A stretch of 33,192 bases of DNA from Desulfobacterales bacterium (GTDB lineage: Bacteria > Desulfobacterota > Desulfobacteria > Desulfobacterales > SpSt-501), in assembly GCA_025454275.1 (NCBI GenBank), contig JALOOS010000005.1, forward strand, positions 1 through 33,192. Reading direction: 5' to 3'. The notes beneath the pieces were generated by a model, which was given only the letters and a program-made list of their open reading frames with translations, did not search any database and had not been told where the DNA came from. Position numbers and translations under genes: made by a program. Shown in pieces: positions 18,071 through 29,115 of the stretch. Within the stretch, counting starts at the first letter, position 1. The number at the start of each line of letters is the position of its first letter.

Positions 18071-19288
18071 ATGTCTACCATCGAACTTGAAAAACTGCGG
18101 ATCGAGAAACCCGCCCTGCGCCCGGGCGGCCGCCGCAAAAGGCGCCTCGCCGGGGCGGTGGTCCTGGTGCTGCTCCTGGCGGCGGCCGCGGCGGCCTACC
18201 GCCAGGGGTGGCTTGCGCCCGCGGTTGCGATCCAGACGGTCCTCGTCCAAAACATCCATCCCTCCCAGGCCCTCGCCCTGTTGAACGCGAGCGGCTATGT
18301 GGTGGCGGACCGCAAATCGGCGGTCGCCTCCAAGGTCACGGGGCGGCTCGTTTTCCTGGGGGTCGAGGAGGGCAGCCGTGTCACGCAGGGACAGGTCATC
18401 GCACGGCTGGAGAGCAAGGATGCCGCGGCGGCGCGCGACCGGGCCGGGCACAACGTCGCGGCGGCCCGTCACCAGCTCGCCCAGGCCCGGGCCGAGAAGG
18501 TCAACGCCGGCCTCGACTACGAGCGCAAGAAGGCACTCGTTGAAAAAGGCACGATCTCCCGCTCGCTCTTCGATGCGGCCGAGGCCCGCTTCCGGACCGC
18601 CGCCGCGGCCGAGGAGGGGCTCTCCGCCGCCCTGCTCGCGGCCAAGGCGGCCCTGGCGGAGGCCGAGGTGCTGCTCGACTACACCAACATCCGCGCTCCC
18701 TTCGATGCGGTGGTGCTGACCAAAAACGCCGACATCGGGGATATCGTCACCCCGCTCGCCGCCACGGCCGATGCCAAGGCGGCCGTCGTGACGATCGCCG
18801 ACATGGAATCGCTCCTGGTCGAGGTGGATGTGTCCGAGTCGAACATCGGCCGGGTGGCGGCCGGGCAGCCCTGCGAGATCCGGCTGGATGCCTTTCCGGA
18901 CAGGCGTTTTCCCGGGCGGGTGCACATGGTGCTCCCGACCGCCGACCGCAGCAAGGCCTCGATCACGGTCAAGGTGGCCTTCGAGGAGCGCGCCGCCGGG
19001 GTCCTGCCCGAGATGAGCGCCAAGGTGGCCTTTCTATCGCGCGCGGTCGGCCCCGACGAGCGGGAGCCGGTGGCGGCCGTGCCGGACTCGGCCGTGGCCC
19101 GGAGCGGCGGCGGCCCGCGACTCTTCCTGCTCGACGGCGAGAGGGTCCGTGCGGTGCCGGTCACGCTCGGCCGCCGCCTGGGCGAGATGGTGGAGCTGCG
19201 CGCGGGGCCAGCGATCGGCAGCCGCATCGCCGCGGCGCCGATCGCATCCTTGTCGGACGGGGCCCGCGTGTCGGTGACGAACCAGTGA
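18071..19288 (+). CDS. Periplasmic adaptor/membrane fusion protein (MacA-like)
   Basis: TM anchor, LNASGYVVA, VASKVTGR, IRAPFDAVV, EVDVSES, LPEMSAKV. Confidence 0.88.
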   Translation: MSTIELEKLRIEKPALRPGGRRKRRLAGAVVLVLLLAAAAAAYRQGWLAPAVAIQTVLVQNIHPSQALALLNASGYVVADRKSAVASKVTGRLVFLGVEEGSRVTQGQVIARLESKDAAAARDRAGHNVAAARHQLAQARAEKVNAGLDYERKKALVEKGTISRSLFDAAEARFRTAAAAEEGLSAALLAAKAALAEAEVLLDYTNIRAPFDAVVLTKNADIGDIVTPLAATADAKAAVVTIADMESLLVEVDVSESNIGRVAAGQPCEIRLDAFPDRRFPGRVHMVLPTADRSKASITVKVAFEERAAGVLPEMSAKVAFLSRAVGPDEREPVAAVPDSAVARSGGGPRLFLLDGERVRAVPVTLGRRLGEMVELRAGPAIGSRIAAAPIASLSDGARVSVTNQ

Positions 19289-19292
19289 TGAG

Positions 19293-20009
19293 ATGAGCAC
19301 CGATCGCCCGGCCGTCGTCGAGATCCGCCGCCTGTCGAAATCCTACCGCCGCGGCACCCAGATCATCCCGGTCCTGGAGGGGATCTCCCTCACCATCGCC
19401 GCGGGGGAGTTCCTGGCCTTGATGGGTCCCTCGGGCTCGGGCAAGAGCACACTCCTCAACCTGATCGCCGGGCTGGATCGGGCCGATGCCGGCACGGTCA
19501 CGATCGGCGGCATCGAGATCTCCTCCCTCTCGGAGACTGCGCTGGCCGCCTGGCGGGCCGCGCATGTCGGCTTCGTCTTCCAGTTCTACAATCTCATCCC
19601 GGTGCTGACGGCCTTCGAAAACGTCGAACTGCCGCTTGTCCTCACCGATCTCTCCCGGCGCCGGCGCCGGGAGCAGGTCGACACGGTCCTCCGCCTGGTC
19701 AACCTCCAGGACCGCAGCGACCATTATCCCGGGCAGCTCTCCGGCGGCCAGCAGCAGCGGGTCGCCATCGCGCGGGCGATCGTGACCGACCCGACCCTTA
19801 TCGTGGCCGATGAGCCCACCGGAGACCTCGACCGGGTTTCGGCCGAGGAGGTGCTCGTGCTGCTCGAGCGCCTGAGCCGGGAGATGGGCAAAACCGTCAT
19901 CATGGTGACCCATGACCCGCGCGCGGCGGGGCGGGCGGGGACCGTCAAACACCTCGACAAGGGGGTGCTGGCCCATGCTGGGGAAGCTCCTGTTCCGGAA
20001 TGCCTTTAG
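19293..20009 (+). CDS. ABC ATP-binding protein (LolD/MacB-type)
   Basis: [46 protein letters not shown]. Confidence 0.93.
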   Translation: MSTDRPAVVEIRRLSKSYRRGTQIIPVLEGISLTIAAGEFLALMGPSGSGKSTLLNLIAGLDRADAGTVTIGGIEISSLSETALAAWRAAHVGFVFQFYNLIPVLTAFENVELPLVLTDLSRRRRREQVDTVLRLVNLQDRSDHYPGQLSGGQQQRVAIARAIVTDPTLIVADEPTGDLDRVSAEEVLVLLERLSREMGKTVIMVTHDPRAAGRAGTVKHLDKGVLAHAGEAPVPECL

Positions 20010-21129
20010 GCACACCCTGCGCACCCTGCTCACCCTCTTCGGGGTGGCCGTGGCCGTTCTCGCCTTCGGGCTGCTGCGCACGGTGGTGGACGCGTGGTAC
20101 GCAGGGGTCTCCGCGGCCGCGGCCAACCGGCTCGTCACCCGCAACGCCATTTCGCTGACCTTCTTTCTGCCGATCGCCTACGGCGAGAAGATCCGGGCCG
20201 TCGACGGGGTAGAGGCCCTCTCCCACATGACCTGGTTCGGCGGCGTTTACATCGACCGCAAGAATTTCTTCGCCAATTTCGCCGTGGACGCGAAAACCTA
20301 CCTGGGGCTCTACCCGGAGTTCATCGTCCCCGAAGCGCAGGCGGACGCCTTCGGGCGCGACCGCAAGGGCTGCGTCGTCGGCCGGGGGCTCGCCCGGCGG
20401 TTCGGCTGGCAGGTGGGGGACGCGATCACCCTGCAGGGCACGATCTTCCCGGGGGAGTGGCCCTTGACCGTGCAGGCGATCTATTCCGGGCGCGACCGGA
20501 GCATCGACGAGAACCAGCTCTTCTTCCACTGGGACTATCTCAACGAGCGTCTCAAGATGGTAAGCCCGCGCCGGGCCAACTATGCCGGGATCTACGTCAT
20601 CCGGATTGCGGAGGCGGGCGCGGCCGCGGAGGTCTCGGCGGCGGTCGACGCGCTTTTCGCCAACTCGCTGGCCGAGACACTCACCGAAACCGAACGGGCC
20701 TTCCAGTTGGGGTTTGTCACCATGAGCGAGGCGATCCTGATGGCGATTCGCATGGTCTCCTTCATCATCATCGGCATCATCATGGCGGTGGCGGCCAACA
20801 CCATGATCATGTCGGTCAGGGAGCGGATGCACGAATTCGCGGTCTTGAAGACCCTCGGTTTCGGCGGGCTGCGCCTGGGCGGGCTGATCGCGGGGGAGTC
20901 TTTCGTGATCTGCGCGGCGGGCGGCGCGCTGGGGATCGCCGCCACCTTTCCGGCCCTGCGGATCATGTCCCACTACGTGAGCAACGTGTTCCCCGTGCTC
21001 GACATCACCGCCGCCACGCTGGCCTACGATCTCCTGGTGGTTCTCGCCGTGGCCCTGGTGGCGGCCCTTTTTCCCATCCGGCGCGTGGTCACGGTGCCGA
21101 TCGTGGCGGCGCTCGGGAGGGTGGGGTGA
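19975..21129 (+). CDS. FtsX/MacB-like ABC permease 1
   Basis: Start [13 protein letters not shown]. One TM, a periplasmic domain, [23 protein letters not shown], then three further TMs. Confidence 0.88.
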   Translation: MLGKLLFRNAFRHTLRTLLTLFGVAVAVLAFGLLRTVVDAWYAGVSAAAANRLVTRNAISLTFFLPIAYGEKIRAVDGVEALSHMTWFGGVYIDRKNFFANFAVDAKTYLGLYPEFIVPEAQADAFGRDRKGCVVGRGLARRFGWQVGDAITLQGTIFPGEWPLTVQAIYSGRDRSIDENQLFFHWDYLNERLKMVSPRRANYAGIYVIRIAEAGAAAEVSAAVDALFANSLAETLTETERAFQLGFVTMSEAILMAIRMVSFIIIGIIMAVAANTMIMSVRERMHEFAVLKTLGFGGLRLGGLIAGESFVICAAGGALGIAATFPALRIMSHYVSNVFPVLDITAATLAYDLLVVLAVALVAALFPIRRVVTVPIVAALGRVG

Positions 21130-22265
21130 ACATGCTGGCTCGGCGGCTGACGACGCTGCTGACGGCCGGGGGCATGGCGCTCGTCGTTTTTGCCTTTGCG
21201 GCGATCGTGATGCTGGCGGAGGGGCTTGAAACCACGCTGGTCGATTCGGGCTCCTTCGCGAACGCGATCGTCATCCGCAAGTCCTCCACCTCCGAGGTCC
21301 AGAGCGGGGTCTCGCGTGGCGAAGCCGCCATCATCGAGACCCAGCCGGAGGTGGCCCTCGATGCCGCCGGGCGGCCGCTCGTGGCCAAGGAGGTGGTGGT
21401 GCTGATCAACCTGCGCAAGCGGGGATCGGAGAGCACCTCCAACGTCACGATCCGCGGCACCTCCCCGGCCTCCGCTGCGCTGCGGCCGGAGGTGCGGCTG
21501 CTGGAGGGGCGCGCCCCGCGTCCCGGGTCGGATGAGATCATGGTGGGCACGGGAATCGCGCGGCGCTTCCGGAACGCCGGGGTGAACGAAACGATCTCCT
21601 TCGCCCGGAGCGACTGGCGGGTCGTGGGCGTCTTCGATGCCGGCAACACGAGCTTCTCCTCGGAGATCTGGGGCGACGCGGACCGGTTCATGCAGGCCTT
21701 CCGCCGCCAGGCGTACTCCTCGGTGATACTGCGGATGCGGGACCCCGAGGGGCTGGCGGCGCTCGCGGAGCGCATCGCCTCCGACCCGCGCCTGGCCTGC
21801 GAGGTCAAGCGCGAGGTCGTCTACTACCGGGAGCAATCCGAGCTGACGGCCAAATTCCTGAGGATTCTCGGGACGGCGCTCACCCTGATCTTTTCGGTCG
21901 GGGCCGTCGTCGGGGCCATGATCACCATGTACGCCGCCGTGGCCAACCGCACGGCCGAGATCGGAACGCTCCGGGCAATGGGCTTCCAGCGACGGGCGAT
22001 CCTGACGGCCTTTCTGCTCGAGTCCCTGCTTCTGGGCGGCACCGGGGGGGGTGCAGGAGTTGCGCTCGCATCCCTGCTGCAGACGGTGACGGTCTCGACC
22101 ACCAATTTCCAGACCTTCGCCGAGCTCGCCTTCCGGTTCCGCCTGAGCCCGGCGATCGTGGGGGAGGGGATGCTCTTTGCGCTCCTCATGGGTCTTGCGG
22201 GTGGGCTGCTGCCGGCCGTGCGGGCGGCGCGCATGAACATCGTCGCGGCCTTGCGGGAAGCTTGA
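21126..22265 (+). CDS. FtsX/MacB-like ABC permease 2
   Basis: Corresponds to the C-terminal part of ORF 20094..22265. Start is GTG 21126 (GTGA overlap, GGAGG SD) or ATG 21132. Motifs TMYAAVANRTAEIGTLRAMGF and PAVRAARMNIVAALR. Confidence 0.85.
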   Translation: MNMLARRLTTLLTAGGMALVVFAFAAIVMLAEGLETTLVDSGSFANAIVIRKSSTSEVQSGVSRGEAAIIETQPEVALDAAGRPLVAKEVVVLINLRKRGSESTSNVTIRGTSPASAALRPEVRLLEGRAPRPGSDEIMVGTGIARRFRNAGVNETISFARSDWRVVGVFDAGNTSFSSEIWGDADRFMQAFRRQAYSSVILRMRDPEGLAALAERIASDPRLACEVKREVVYYREQSELTAKFLRILGTALTLIFSVGAVVGAMITMYAAVANRTAEIGTLRAMGFQRRAILTAFLLESLLLGGTGGGAGVALASLLQTVTVSTTNFQTFAELAFRFRLSPAIVGEGMLFALLMGLAGGLLPAVRAARMNIVAALREA

Positions 22266-22353
22266 GTTTTGAAAAAAGGTCGTTTACAAACCAACCACGG
22301 GGCCATATGCGCCGGCCGGGCGCAGTTCCGGATTTGGAAAAGGAGGATGCGAT

Positions 22354-22791
22354 ATGATCGGGAAGACGATCGACGAACTGAAGGTGGGGGACAGTGCCGA
22401 GTTCTCCAAGACGGTGAGCGAGGCGGACATCTATCTCTTCGCCGGGATCACCGGGGATTTCAACCCGGCCCATGTCGACGAGGAGTACGCCCGTAAGACC
22501 TACTTCGCCACCCGCATCGCGCACGGCATGCTCTCGGCGGGCTTCATTTCGACGGTGCTGGGCACCCGGCTGCCGGGCCCGGGCACGATCTACATGCGCC
22601 AGGAGCTGACCTTCCTGGGGGCGGTCAAAATCGGGGATACCATCACGGCGAAGGCCGAGGTGATCGAGATCGACACGGCCAAGGGCCGGGTGAAGCTCCG
22701 GACCACCTGCGACAACCAGGAAGGCCAGCGGGTCCTGACCGGCGAGGCCCTCGTCAGCCCACCCCGGCCGCCGAAAAAAGCCGGCGGATAA
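22354..22791 (+). CDS. MaoC-family (R)-specific enoyl-CoA hydratase/dehydratase (hot-dog fold)
   Basis: TGDFNPAH catalytic D/H motif, RIAHGML, LPGPGTIY; AGGAGG SD. Confidence 0.92.
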   Translation: MIGKTIDELKVGDSAEFSKTVSEADIYLFAGITGDFNPAHVDEEYARKTYFATRIAHGMLSAGFISTVLGTRLPGPGTIYMRQELTFLGAVKIGDTITAKAEVIEIDTAKGRVKLRTTCDNQEGQRVLTGEALVSPPRPPKKAGG

Positions 22792-22869
22792 TCGCCCCGG
22801 AACCCCGCCGATCGAATTTCAGGCTGCTTCGGGATCAATCGGAGCGGCCGTTTCGGCTCGGCCGCATCG

Positions 22870-23737
22870 CTACTTCATGAGCAGGAGACTTGCGGCCATC
22901 ATCAGCATCCCTCCCACGAGGCCGAGCAGGCTGTCGTGGTCCTTGCCATAAGACCATGATGCCGGCGACCCCGGCAAAGAGGATTCCCATCAGTTCGGCC
23001 GGGATCACCCCGCCCTCGCCCGCCACGACCCAGCGCAGCATCAGATAGGCGATAACCGCCCCCACGGGCTCCGACAATCCGCTTAGGAGGGAATACAGAA
23101 ACGCCTTTTTCCGGTTGCCGGTTGCATAAAAAATCGGCACGGAAACGCTGATCCCCTCGGGGATGTTGTGCAACGCCACGGCGATGGCGATGGCGAGGCC
23201 CAGGCTCGGGTCATGCAGGGCCGCCAGAAACGTCGCCAGCCCTTCCGGAAAGTTGTGGATGGCGATCGCCAGGGCCGTGAACAACCCCATGCGCATGAGT
23301 TTTTTCCGTTTCATGCCGTCGCCGGCGAGTCCGGGGCCCGCGTCCGGATCGCACGTGCAAACGGAGGCCGTGCGGGCGTTGCCCGAAGAGGGGATGGTGT
23401 GCAGCGGTGCCGTTTCGGTCTCCGTGCGCGTCTCGTGCGGATTCTCCCCTGCGGGGATCAGCGCATCGATCATGCCGATCAGAAACATTCCGCCGAAAAA
23501 GGCGGCGGTATTGGCCCACTGCCCCCAATACTCGCCGTAGGCCGCCGTCAGGGATTCAAGCCCTTTGAAAAAAATCTCGACAAAGGCAACATACAGCATC
23601 ACCCCGGCGGAGAACCCGGTGGCGACGGAGAGAAACCGGAAGTTCGTTCGTTTGGCGGTGAAGGCGATGATGCTGCCGATGCCGGTCGCCATGCCGGCGA
23701 ATACGGTGAGTCCAATCGCAATGGCCACGTCGTTCAT
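22870..23737 (-). pseudogene. zupT: ZIP-family zinc transporter ZupT, frameshifted near the 3' end (~22951)
   Basis: Start [15 protein letters not shown]; motifs [27 protein letters not shown]. After GVAGIMV the natural C-terminus [26 protein letters not shown] (stop 22872-22870) is in another frame, and the usual YISLDELLP segment is absent. Confidence 0.82.
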
Positions 23738-23853
23738 CGGTTTCCGGCCCTCCGGGTGCCACGGATGAAAGCGGCCTGATTGCCGGCCGCCGATTTCTTC
23801 GACGGCGCAGGAAAGCACCATATTCCAGCCGACAGCGGGCAATTGACAGCCAT
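23734..23853 (-). CDS. Putative 39-aa upstream ORF coupled to zupT ([39 protein letters not shown])
   Basis: Strong SD AAAGGAGGA 7 nt before ATG 23853. Its TGA overlaps the zupT ATG (ATGA). Confidence 0.4.
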   Translation of the reverse strand: MAVNCPLSAGIWCFPAPSKKSAAGNQAAFIRGTRRAGNR

Positions 23854-23987
23854 GGTAAACTCCTCCTTTTCGGTGGCGTACCCGTGTCACGCCGTCAAAA
23901 ACGAAGACGTATAGAGAATTGAGTTCCGCCAGCGGCGGTGGGCCGGTTATTCCTGCGGCGGCCGCCCGCAGCCTCATCGCATCCGTT

Positions 23988-26936
23988 CTATGCCGTCCCT
24001 TGTCCTCCGGCGCCGGGGTCCAGCATCCTTCTCAGGGTCCTGGCGAGATCGCCCAAGGCGAGGGGTTTGAAGGCGAATTCCCGGATCCCGGCGGCGCGGG
24101 CCTTCTGTTCGTTGGCCTGGTCGCTGAAACCGGTGCAGAGGAGAATGGGCAGACCCGGTTTGATCCCGAGCAGCGTTCTGGCAAGGTTCACCCCGTTCAT
24201 CTGCGGCATGGTCATGTCGGTGATGACGGCATCGTACCGGCCGGGGCCGGCGCTGAAGGCCTCGATCGCCTCGATCGGGCTGGTGCGCGTTTCAACGGTG
24301 TAGCCCATCCGTCTCAGCATCTGGGCGGTCATGTCGACGAGCGCCTTCTCGTCGTCCACCACCAGGAGGGTCTCGGAGCCCCCCGGAAGGGTCGCGGGGG
24401 AAGCGGGCGCCTCCGGCGGGGCGCCCTCGGCGACGAGGGGCAGAAATATTTGAAAACGGCTGCCTTTCCCAGCCTCACTCTCCAGCATGATAAACCCGTC
24501 GTGCGATTTGACGATGCCATGGACGACCGACAGTCCGAGCCCGGTCCCCTTGCCCTGCTCCTTGGTCGTGAAATAGGGATCGAAGATGCGATGCTGGATC
24601 TCCGGCGCGATGCCGGCCCCCGTGTCGCTGACGGTCAGCCGGAGGAACTCGCCGGGCTCGACGCCCGGTTCGAAGCCCGCCTGCTCGGCGCTGATCGTCG
24701 CCTTGTCGATGCGGATCTCGAGCAGGCCGTTTTCCTGGTGCTCCATGGCGTGCGCGGCGTTGGTGCACAGGTTCATCAGAACCTGCTGCATCTGGGTGGG
24801 GTTGCCGAGAATGGCGGATCCCGCATCCACGCCGATGTGGCGTTCGACCCGGATGCTGCTGGGAAGGGTGGACTTCAGAAAATCGTAAGTTTCCTGGACC
24901 ACCGATTTCAGGTTGATGAGCATCCGCTGTTGTTCGTCCCGCCGGCTGAAGGTCAGGATCTGCTTCACCAGCTGCCGGGCGCGTGTGGCCGCGATCTGGA
25001 TCTGTTGGACGGAGAAACGGTCGTTCTCCGGGGCCCCGTCCGACAGCATCAGCATGTCGGCGTTGCCGATGATGACGCTCAGGATGTTGTTGAAATCGTG
25101 TGCGATCCCCCCGGCCAGAACCCCGATCGCCTCCATTTTCTGGGCCTGCTGCAGCTGGGATTCCAATTTTTCGCGGTCCCGCTCGGCCTTGAGGCGGCTG
25201 CTGATGTCGGTGACGAAGGCATAGGAAAAGCCGCGGCCGTCTTTTTCGATGAAGTTTGCGGTTATCTCCACCGGGAAGCGGGACCCGTCCTTTCGCCGAT
25301 GGTGGGATCGGACGACCCGAACCCCCTCCTGGGCGAGGATTCGGCGGTGGTCGGCCCATTTTTCGGGTGTGAAGTCAGGGTCGATCTCGAAAACGGTTCG
25401 CCCGACAAGCTCCTGCCGGCCGTACCCGAGGCTGCGGCAGGCTTCCGTGTTGACATCCAGGATCCGGGCCCCATCGCCCACGCGGAAGATGGCCACCGCC
25501 GCGTGGTCCAGGCAGAATCGCGCCAGCCGCAGCTCCTCTTCGGCCTTCCTGCGCTCGGTGACATCCTTCAGCGTCCCCTGGTAATACTGGATGCGCCCCT
25601 GGTCGTCGCGGATCGCGATCCCCTGGTTTTCGACCCAGATGATGCGGCCGTCCCGCCGCCGCATCTGAAATTCCAAGGGTGTCAGCCCGCTGCTGCCATC
25701 GACCTGCTGCATGAAGAGGCTGCGGTCCTCCGGATTCACGTACAGCTGCCCTGCCGGGAGGGAGAGAACCTCCTGCTTGGTCGCGTAGCCGAACATGTTC
25801 ACCAGGGGCGAATTGACATCCAGGACGCGTCCGCCGGGCTCGGAGCGGTAGATCCCGATCGGAACGTTTTCAAACAGGCCGCGGTAGTGGTCTTCACTTT
25901 CCGAAAGCGCCTGCTGGGCCTCCCAGAGCTTTTCGAACGAGGATTGGATCTTCTTGAACTGATCGATGATCTGTTCGCGCATCCGGCCGAAAGCCGCGGC
26001 GAGTTCACCGATTTCATCCGGACGCTGCGCCAGAGGCGCCAATTCGGCGGACGGCTGCATGGTTTTTCCGAATCCGGCCGCCTCCCGGGCCAGCTGCTGA
26101 ATGGGGCGCACAAAGCGGGCCGAGGCGCGCCGGCCCAGCCAGAAAACGGCGGTCAACGTGGCCAGCAGGATCACCCCCATGCCCCCGCCGATCCGCCACA
26201 CAAGCCCCGCGCTGTAGGCCCGGTAGCTATCGGCGATCCGCCGGGCGCGCTCCCGCGTGAACCGGACCGGGGATAGGAACTCGTCCAGGTAGGTCGTGGC
26301 GGCCACCATCAGGGTGCGCCCCTCGAGCGGCGTCCGGACGGGCAGCATCACCATGAATTTCTGGGTCAGGCGCCGGTCCTCCTCGCGCCACTGGTAGTAA
26401 CCCGACGACTCCCTTCCGGAGAGGGACGGCTCGAACACCGACCACCAGGAGGGCAGCGCCGCTGCCAGCGACGGCATGCTGAGGCCGATCAGCTCCGGGT
26501 TGGGATGCAGCCGCATCGTGCCGGTGCCGGCTTCATAAAGGCAGGTGTAGCCGGTCAATCCGACCTGTTGGACGGCGATAGGCCGGATCGCCGGGCTCGC
26601 CTGCAGCGCTGCGATCGTCAGGCCGGGATGGGCCGTGATATAGGCGTCCATTTGGCGGGCGGCTTCCTGGGCCCGGATGCGGATGTGGTTCTCGCCGTCT
26701 TGCACCATCTGGGCCTCGATGTCGTCCTTGAGCGTGTGCATGGAATCGTCGATCAAATCGCCGATGTGATCCTGCGCAAAATAGGCCCCGATGAGGATGA
26801 ACACGAAAAAAGAGATGAAGGGCACCAGGGACAATACGAGGTAATCGCGGTTGAGCTTGTCGACGATTGAGTGTCGGGCGGCGTCTGTTTTCAACGCAAA
26901 AGACCCTCCAGCGGCTGTCGGTGCCTTCACGGGCAT
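23988..26936 (-). CDS. Hybrid sensor histidine kinase (TM-Cache-like-TM-HAMP-PAS-PAS-HisKA-HATPase-REC)
   Basis: H-box [10 protein letters not shown]-box [26 protein letters not shown], receiver [28 protein letters not shown]. Start uncertain. Confidence 0.93.
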   Translation of the reverse strand: MPVKAPTAAGGSFALKTDAARHSIVDKLNRDYLVLSLVPFISFFVFILIGAYFAQDHIGDLIDDSMHTLKDDIEAQMVQDGENHIRIRAQEAARQMDAYITAHPGLTIAALQASPAIRPIAVQQVGLTGYTCLYEAGTGTMRLHPNPELIGLSMPSLAAALPSWWSVFEPSLSGRESSGYYQWREEDRRLTQKFMVMLPVRTPLEGRTLMVAATTYLDEFLSPVRFTRERARRIADSYRAYSAGLVWRIGGGMGVILLATLTAVFWLGRRASARFVRPIQQLAREAAGFGKTMQPSAELAPLAQRPDEIGELAAAFGRMREQIIDQFKKIQSSFEKLWEAQQALSESEDHYRGLFENVPIGIYRSEPGGRVLDVNSPLVNMFGYATKQEVLSLPAGQLYVNPEDRSLFMQQVDGSSGLTPLEFQMRRRDGRIIWVENQGIAIRDDQGRIQYYQGTLKDVTERRKAEEELRLARFCLDHAAVAIFRVGDGARILDVNTEACRSLGYGRQELVGRTVFEIDPDFTPEKWADHRRILAQEGVRVVRSHHRRKDGSRFPVEITANFIEKDGRGFSYAFVTDISSRLKAERDREKLESQLQQAQKMEAIGVLAGGIAHDFNNILSVIIGNADMLMLSDGAPENDRFSVQQIQIAATRARQLVKQILTFSRRDEQQRMLINLKSVVQETYDFLKSTLPSSIRVERHIGVDAGSAILGNPTQMQQVLMNLCTNAAHAMEHQENGLLEIRIDKATISAEQAGFEPGVEPGEFLRLTVSDTGAGIAPEIQHRIFDPYFTTKEQGKGTGLGLSVVHGIVKSHDGFIMLESEAGKGSRFQIFLPLVAEGAPPEAPASPATLPGGSETLLVVDDEKALVDMTAQMLRRMGYTVETRTSPIEAIEAFSAGPGRYDAVITDMTMPQMNGVNLARTLLGIKPGLPILLCTGFSDQANEQKARAAGIREFAFKPLALGDLARTLRRMLDPGAGGQGTA

Positions 26937-27167
26937 TCCGAGTCGGATCAGGTCCGGAGTATTCCGGCAGGCGGCGGGCCGGCAGGCATGAACTCGATCC
27001 TCAGCGGGTTCAAGTTGTTTTCAGGTCTGGATCGGGGATGGATTTCCCGCAGGCAAGTGCGGCCGCACGCCGGCTCCGTAGGGCATTATCCCATTTATGG
27101 GAGAAAGCATCAAGAAACAGGGACCGACGTTGCCACTGATCGACCCGGGTGTCGGGGAGCCGAAAGA

Positions 27168-27923
27168 TCAGGGCGGGCCGTAGAGCGTGCCCAGGAAATG
27201 GTTCATCTGGCGGTACCACCAGGGCCAGTCGTGGTTGACCTCCGGGCCCCAGAAATCGACCCAGGCGGGGGTTGCCTTTTCGCGGAAGATGCGATCCAGT
27301 GCGCGGGTGTCCTCGATCGCCTCCTCCTCCCAGGCCCCCTGGCCGACGCAGACGATGATCCGGCTCCGTCGATACCAGTCGAGAAACCACGGGTCGTTCA
27401 GACCCGGCAGATAGGAGAGGGGTGAATTGAAATAGACCGCGGGGAGATCCTCCGGCCCCAGGCCGAACTCGGGACGGTCGAGCCGGTAGAGGCCGGAGAG
27501 GGCGATGGTCCCCTCGCAGGCGTCGGGGTGCTTGAGGAAGAAATTCACCGCATGGTAGGCGCCCATGCTGCAGCCGGTCGCCATGGGCCGCTCCCCCGGC
27601 GTGGCGCAGTGCCCGCGGATGAAGGGCACGACCTCCTGAACGATGTATGCATCGTAGGCTTCGTGGCGGGCGTTGCGCTCGGCCGGCGGGATGCCGGTGT
27701 GGTACCAGGACTCGGCATCCACGCTGTCGACGGCATAGAGCTTGATCCGGCCGGCGTTGATGAAGGGGGCGATTTCGGCCACCATGCCCAGCCCCTCGAA
27801 GTCGAAGTACCGACCCCGGGAGCAGGGAAAGACGATGAAGGGCTTGCCCCAATGGCCGTAGACCTTGAGCTCCATCCCGCGGTTGAGATGCGGACTCCAC
27901 CAGTGGTGATGTTCGGTGTGCAT
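27168..27923 (-). CDS. Alpha/beta-hydrolase, putative esterase family
   Basis: Nucleophile elbow GCSMG and C-terminal HDWPWW. Start MHTEHHHWWS with GAGGGG SD; 251 aa. Confidence 0.88.
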   Translation of the reverse strand: MHTEHHHWWSPHLNRGMELKVYGHWGKPFIVFPCSRGRYFDFEGLGMVAEIAPFINAGRIKLYAVDSVDAESWYHTGIPPAERNARHEAYDAYIVQEVVPFIRGHCATPGERPMATGCSMGAYHAVNFFLKHPDACEGTIALSGLYRLDRPEFGLGPEDLPAVYFNSPLSYLPGLNDPWFLDWYRRSRIIVCVGQGAWEEEAIEDTRALDRIFREKATPAWVDFWGPEVNHDWPWWYRQMNHFLGTLYGPP

Positions 27924-27939
27924 GGCCCCTCGTTTCCGG

Positions 27940-29115
27940 TCAGCCGGAGCCGCCGGGTGCATGGATGAACCGGACCGCCTCGATCACCTCTGCGAGGTCC
28001 GGTGCGCGGAAGATGTAGCCGATGTCGCCGAGCGCACTGCGAAAGACCCCCGGAACGCTCTCCACCTGCAGGATCAGGTGGCCGAAGCGCGAGAGGACCT
28101 CCTGGTGAGCGTGCGCGTAGCGGGCGGTCTGCTTGCGGCTCGCGTAGCAGCAGTGGTAGCGCCGTTCGTAGTCGAGATCGGCGCGGCCGTGGACCAGGAG
28201 CTCGGCCCAGGCGCGGTAAATGTCGATGTCGGCCGTGTAGTTGAACATGTCGGTCGTGTAGCCGCCCGGGGGCCGCATGTTGACCTCGAGCGCCACGTAC
28301 TCGCCGGCTGCGGTGCGGAAGAACTCCATGTGAAAGAAGCGCTCGCGCACCTCGAAGTGGGCCAGGCAGCTCCGCCCGATCCGTTCGAGCTCTTCAGGGA
28401 TCTCCCTGAGGGAGTAGTAATAAATGTGGCGCTCCTCGTTTACGGTCTCCATGATGCCCTGGCTGAAGACATGGGCGGTCATGAAGAGCGGGTTTCCGGC
28501 CGCATCCGCCAACCCGTCGAAGGAGTGGATGGTGCCGGTGATGAACTCCTCCAGGATGTACGCCACCGGGGGGGGATTGCCGAAGAAGGCCTCGAGGTCG
28601 GCCGCGGAGTCGAGGCGGAAGGTGTCCAGCGCCCCCACTCCGATATCGGGCTTGGCGATCAGGGGGTAGCCGGTTTCGGCGGCGAGGGCGCGCCCCTCCT
28701 CGAGGGATCGGGCCACCCGGCCCCGGGCGACCCGCACCCCGGCCTGCCGGAAGCGCTCCTTCATCTTCGATTTGCGGCGAATCACGTCGATGCCCGCCCG
28801 GCGCACGCCGGGTATGTTGAAGTCGTCCCGGATCCGGGCCTCGGTGCCGAGCCAGTACTCATTCAGGGAGTCGAAGCGGTCGATTTTCCCGTAGCGGTGG
28901 GTGAAGTAACCGCAGGCCCGGATGAGGGCATCGTCATCGTGCATGTCGTCGACGCGGTAGTACTCGGTCAGCGCCGCGCGCAGCTCCCCGGGCAGGCTCT
29001 CGCAGGGCGCATCGCCGATGCCGAGCGCATTGGCCCCCGCCTGCCGGATCCGGGCCCAGAAGCGCCGGTAGTGCGGCGGAAAGTGGGGCGAGAGCAGCAC
29101 GATGTTGCGGTTCAT
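27940..29115 (-). CDS. ATP-grasp domain protein (carboxylate-amine ligase-like), paralogue B
   Basis: SPHFPPHY, SLNEYWL, PLIAKPDIGVGA, YILEEFI, FFHMEFF, LEVNMRPPGG. Confidence 0.88.
   Translation of the reverse strand: MNRNIVLLSPHFPPHYRRFWARIRQAGANALGIGDAPCESLPGELRAALTEYYRVDDMHDDDALIRACGYFTHRYGKIDRFDSLNEYWLGTEARIRDDFNIPGVRRAGIDVIRRKSKMKERFRQAGVRVARGRVARSLEEGRALAAETGYPLIAKPDIGVGALDTFRLDSAADLEAFFGNPPPVAYILEEFITGTIHSFDGLADAAGNPLFMTAHVFSQGIMETVNEERHIYYYSLREIPEELERIGRSCLAHFEVRERFFHMEFFRTAAGEYVALEVNMRPPGGYTTDMFNYTADIDIYRAWAELLVHGRADLDYERRYHCCYASRKQTARYAHAHQEVLSRFGHLILQVESVPGVFRSALGDIGYIFRAPDLAEVIEAVRFIHAPGGSG

Noticed and set aside
20094-21135. 723-aa ORF, or an N-terminal deletion in permease 2
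   Set aside because: The first ~345 codons are an off-frame overlap of permease 1. Permease 2 seems slightly short at its N-terminus but has a plausible GTGA-coupled start with an SD, so a deletion cannot be supported.
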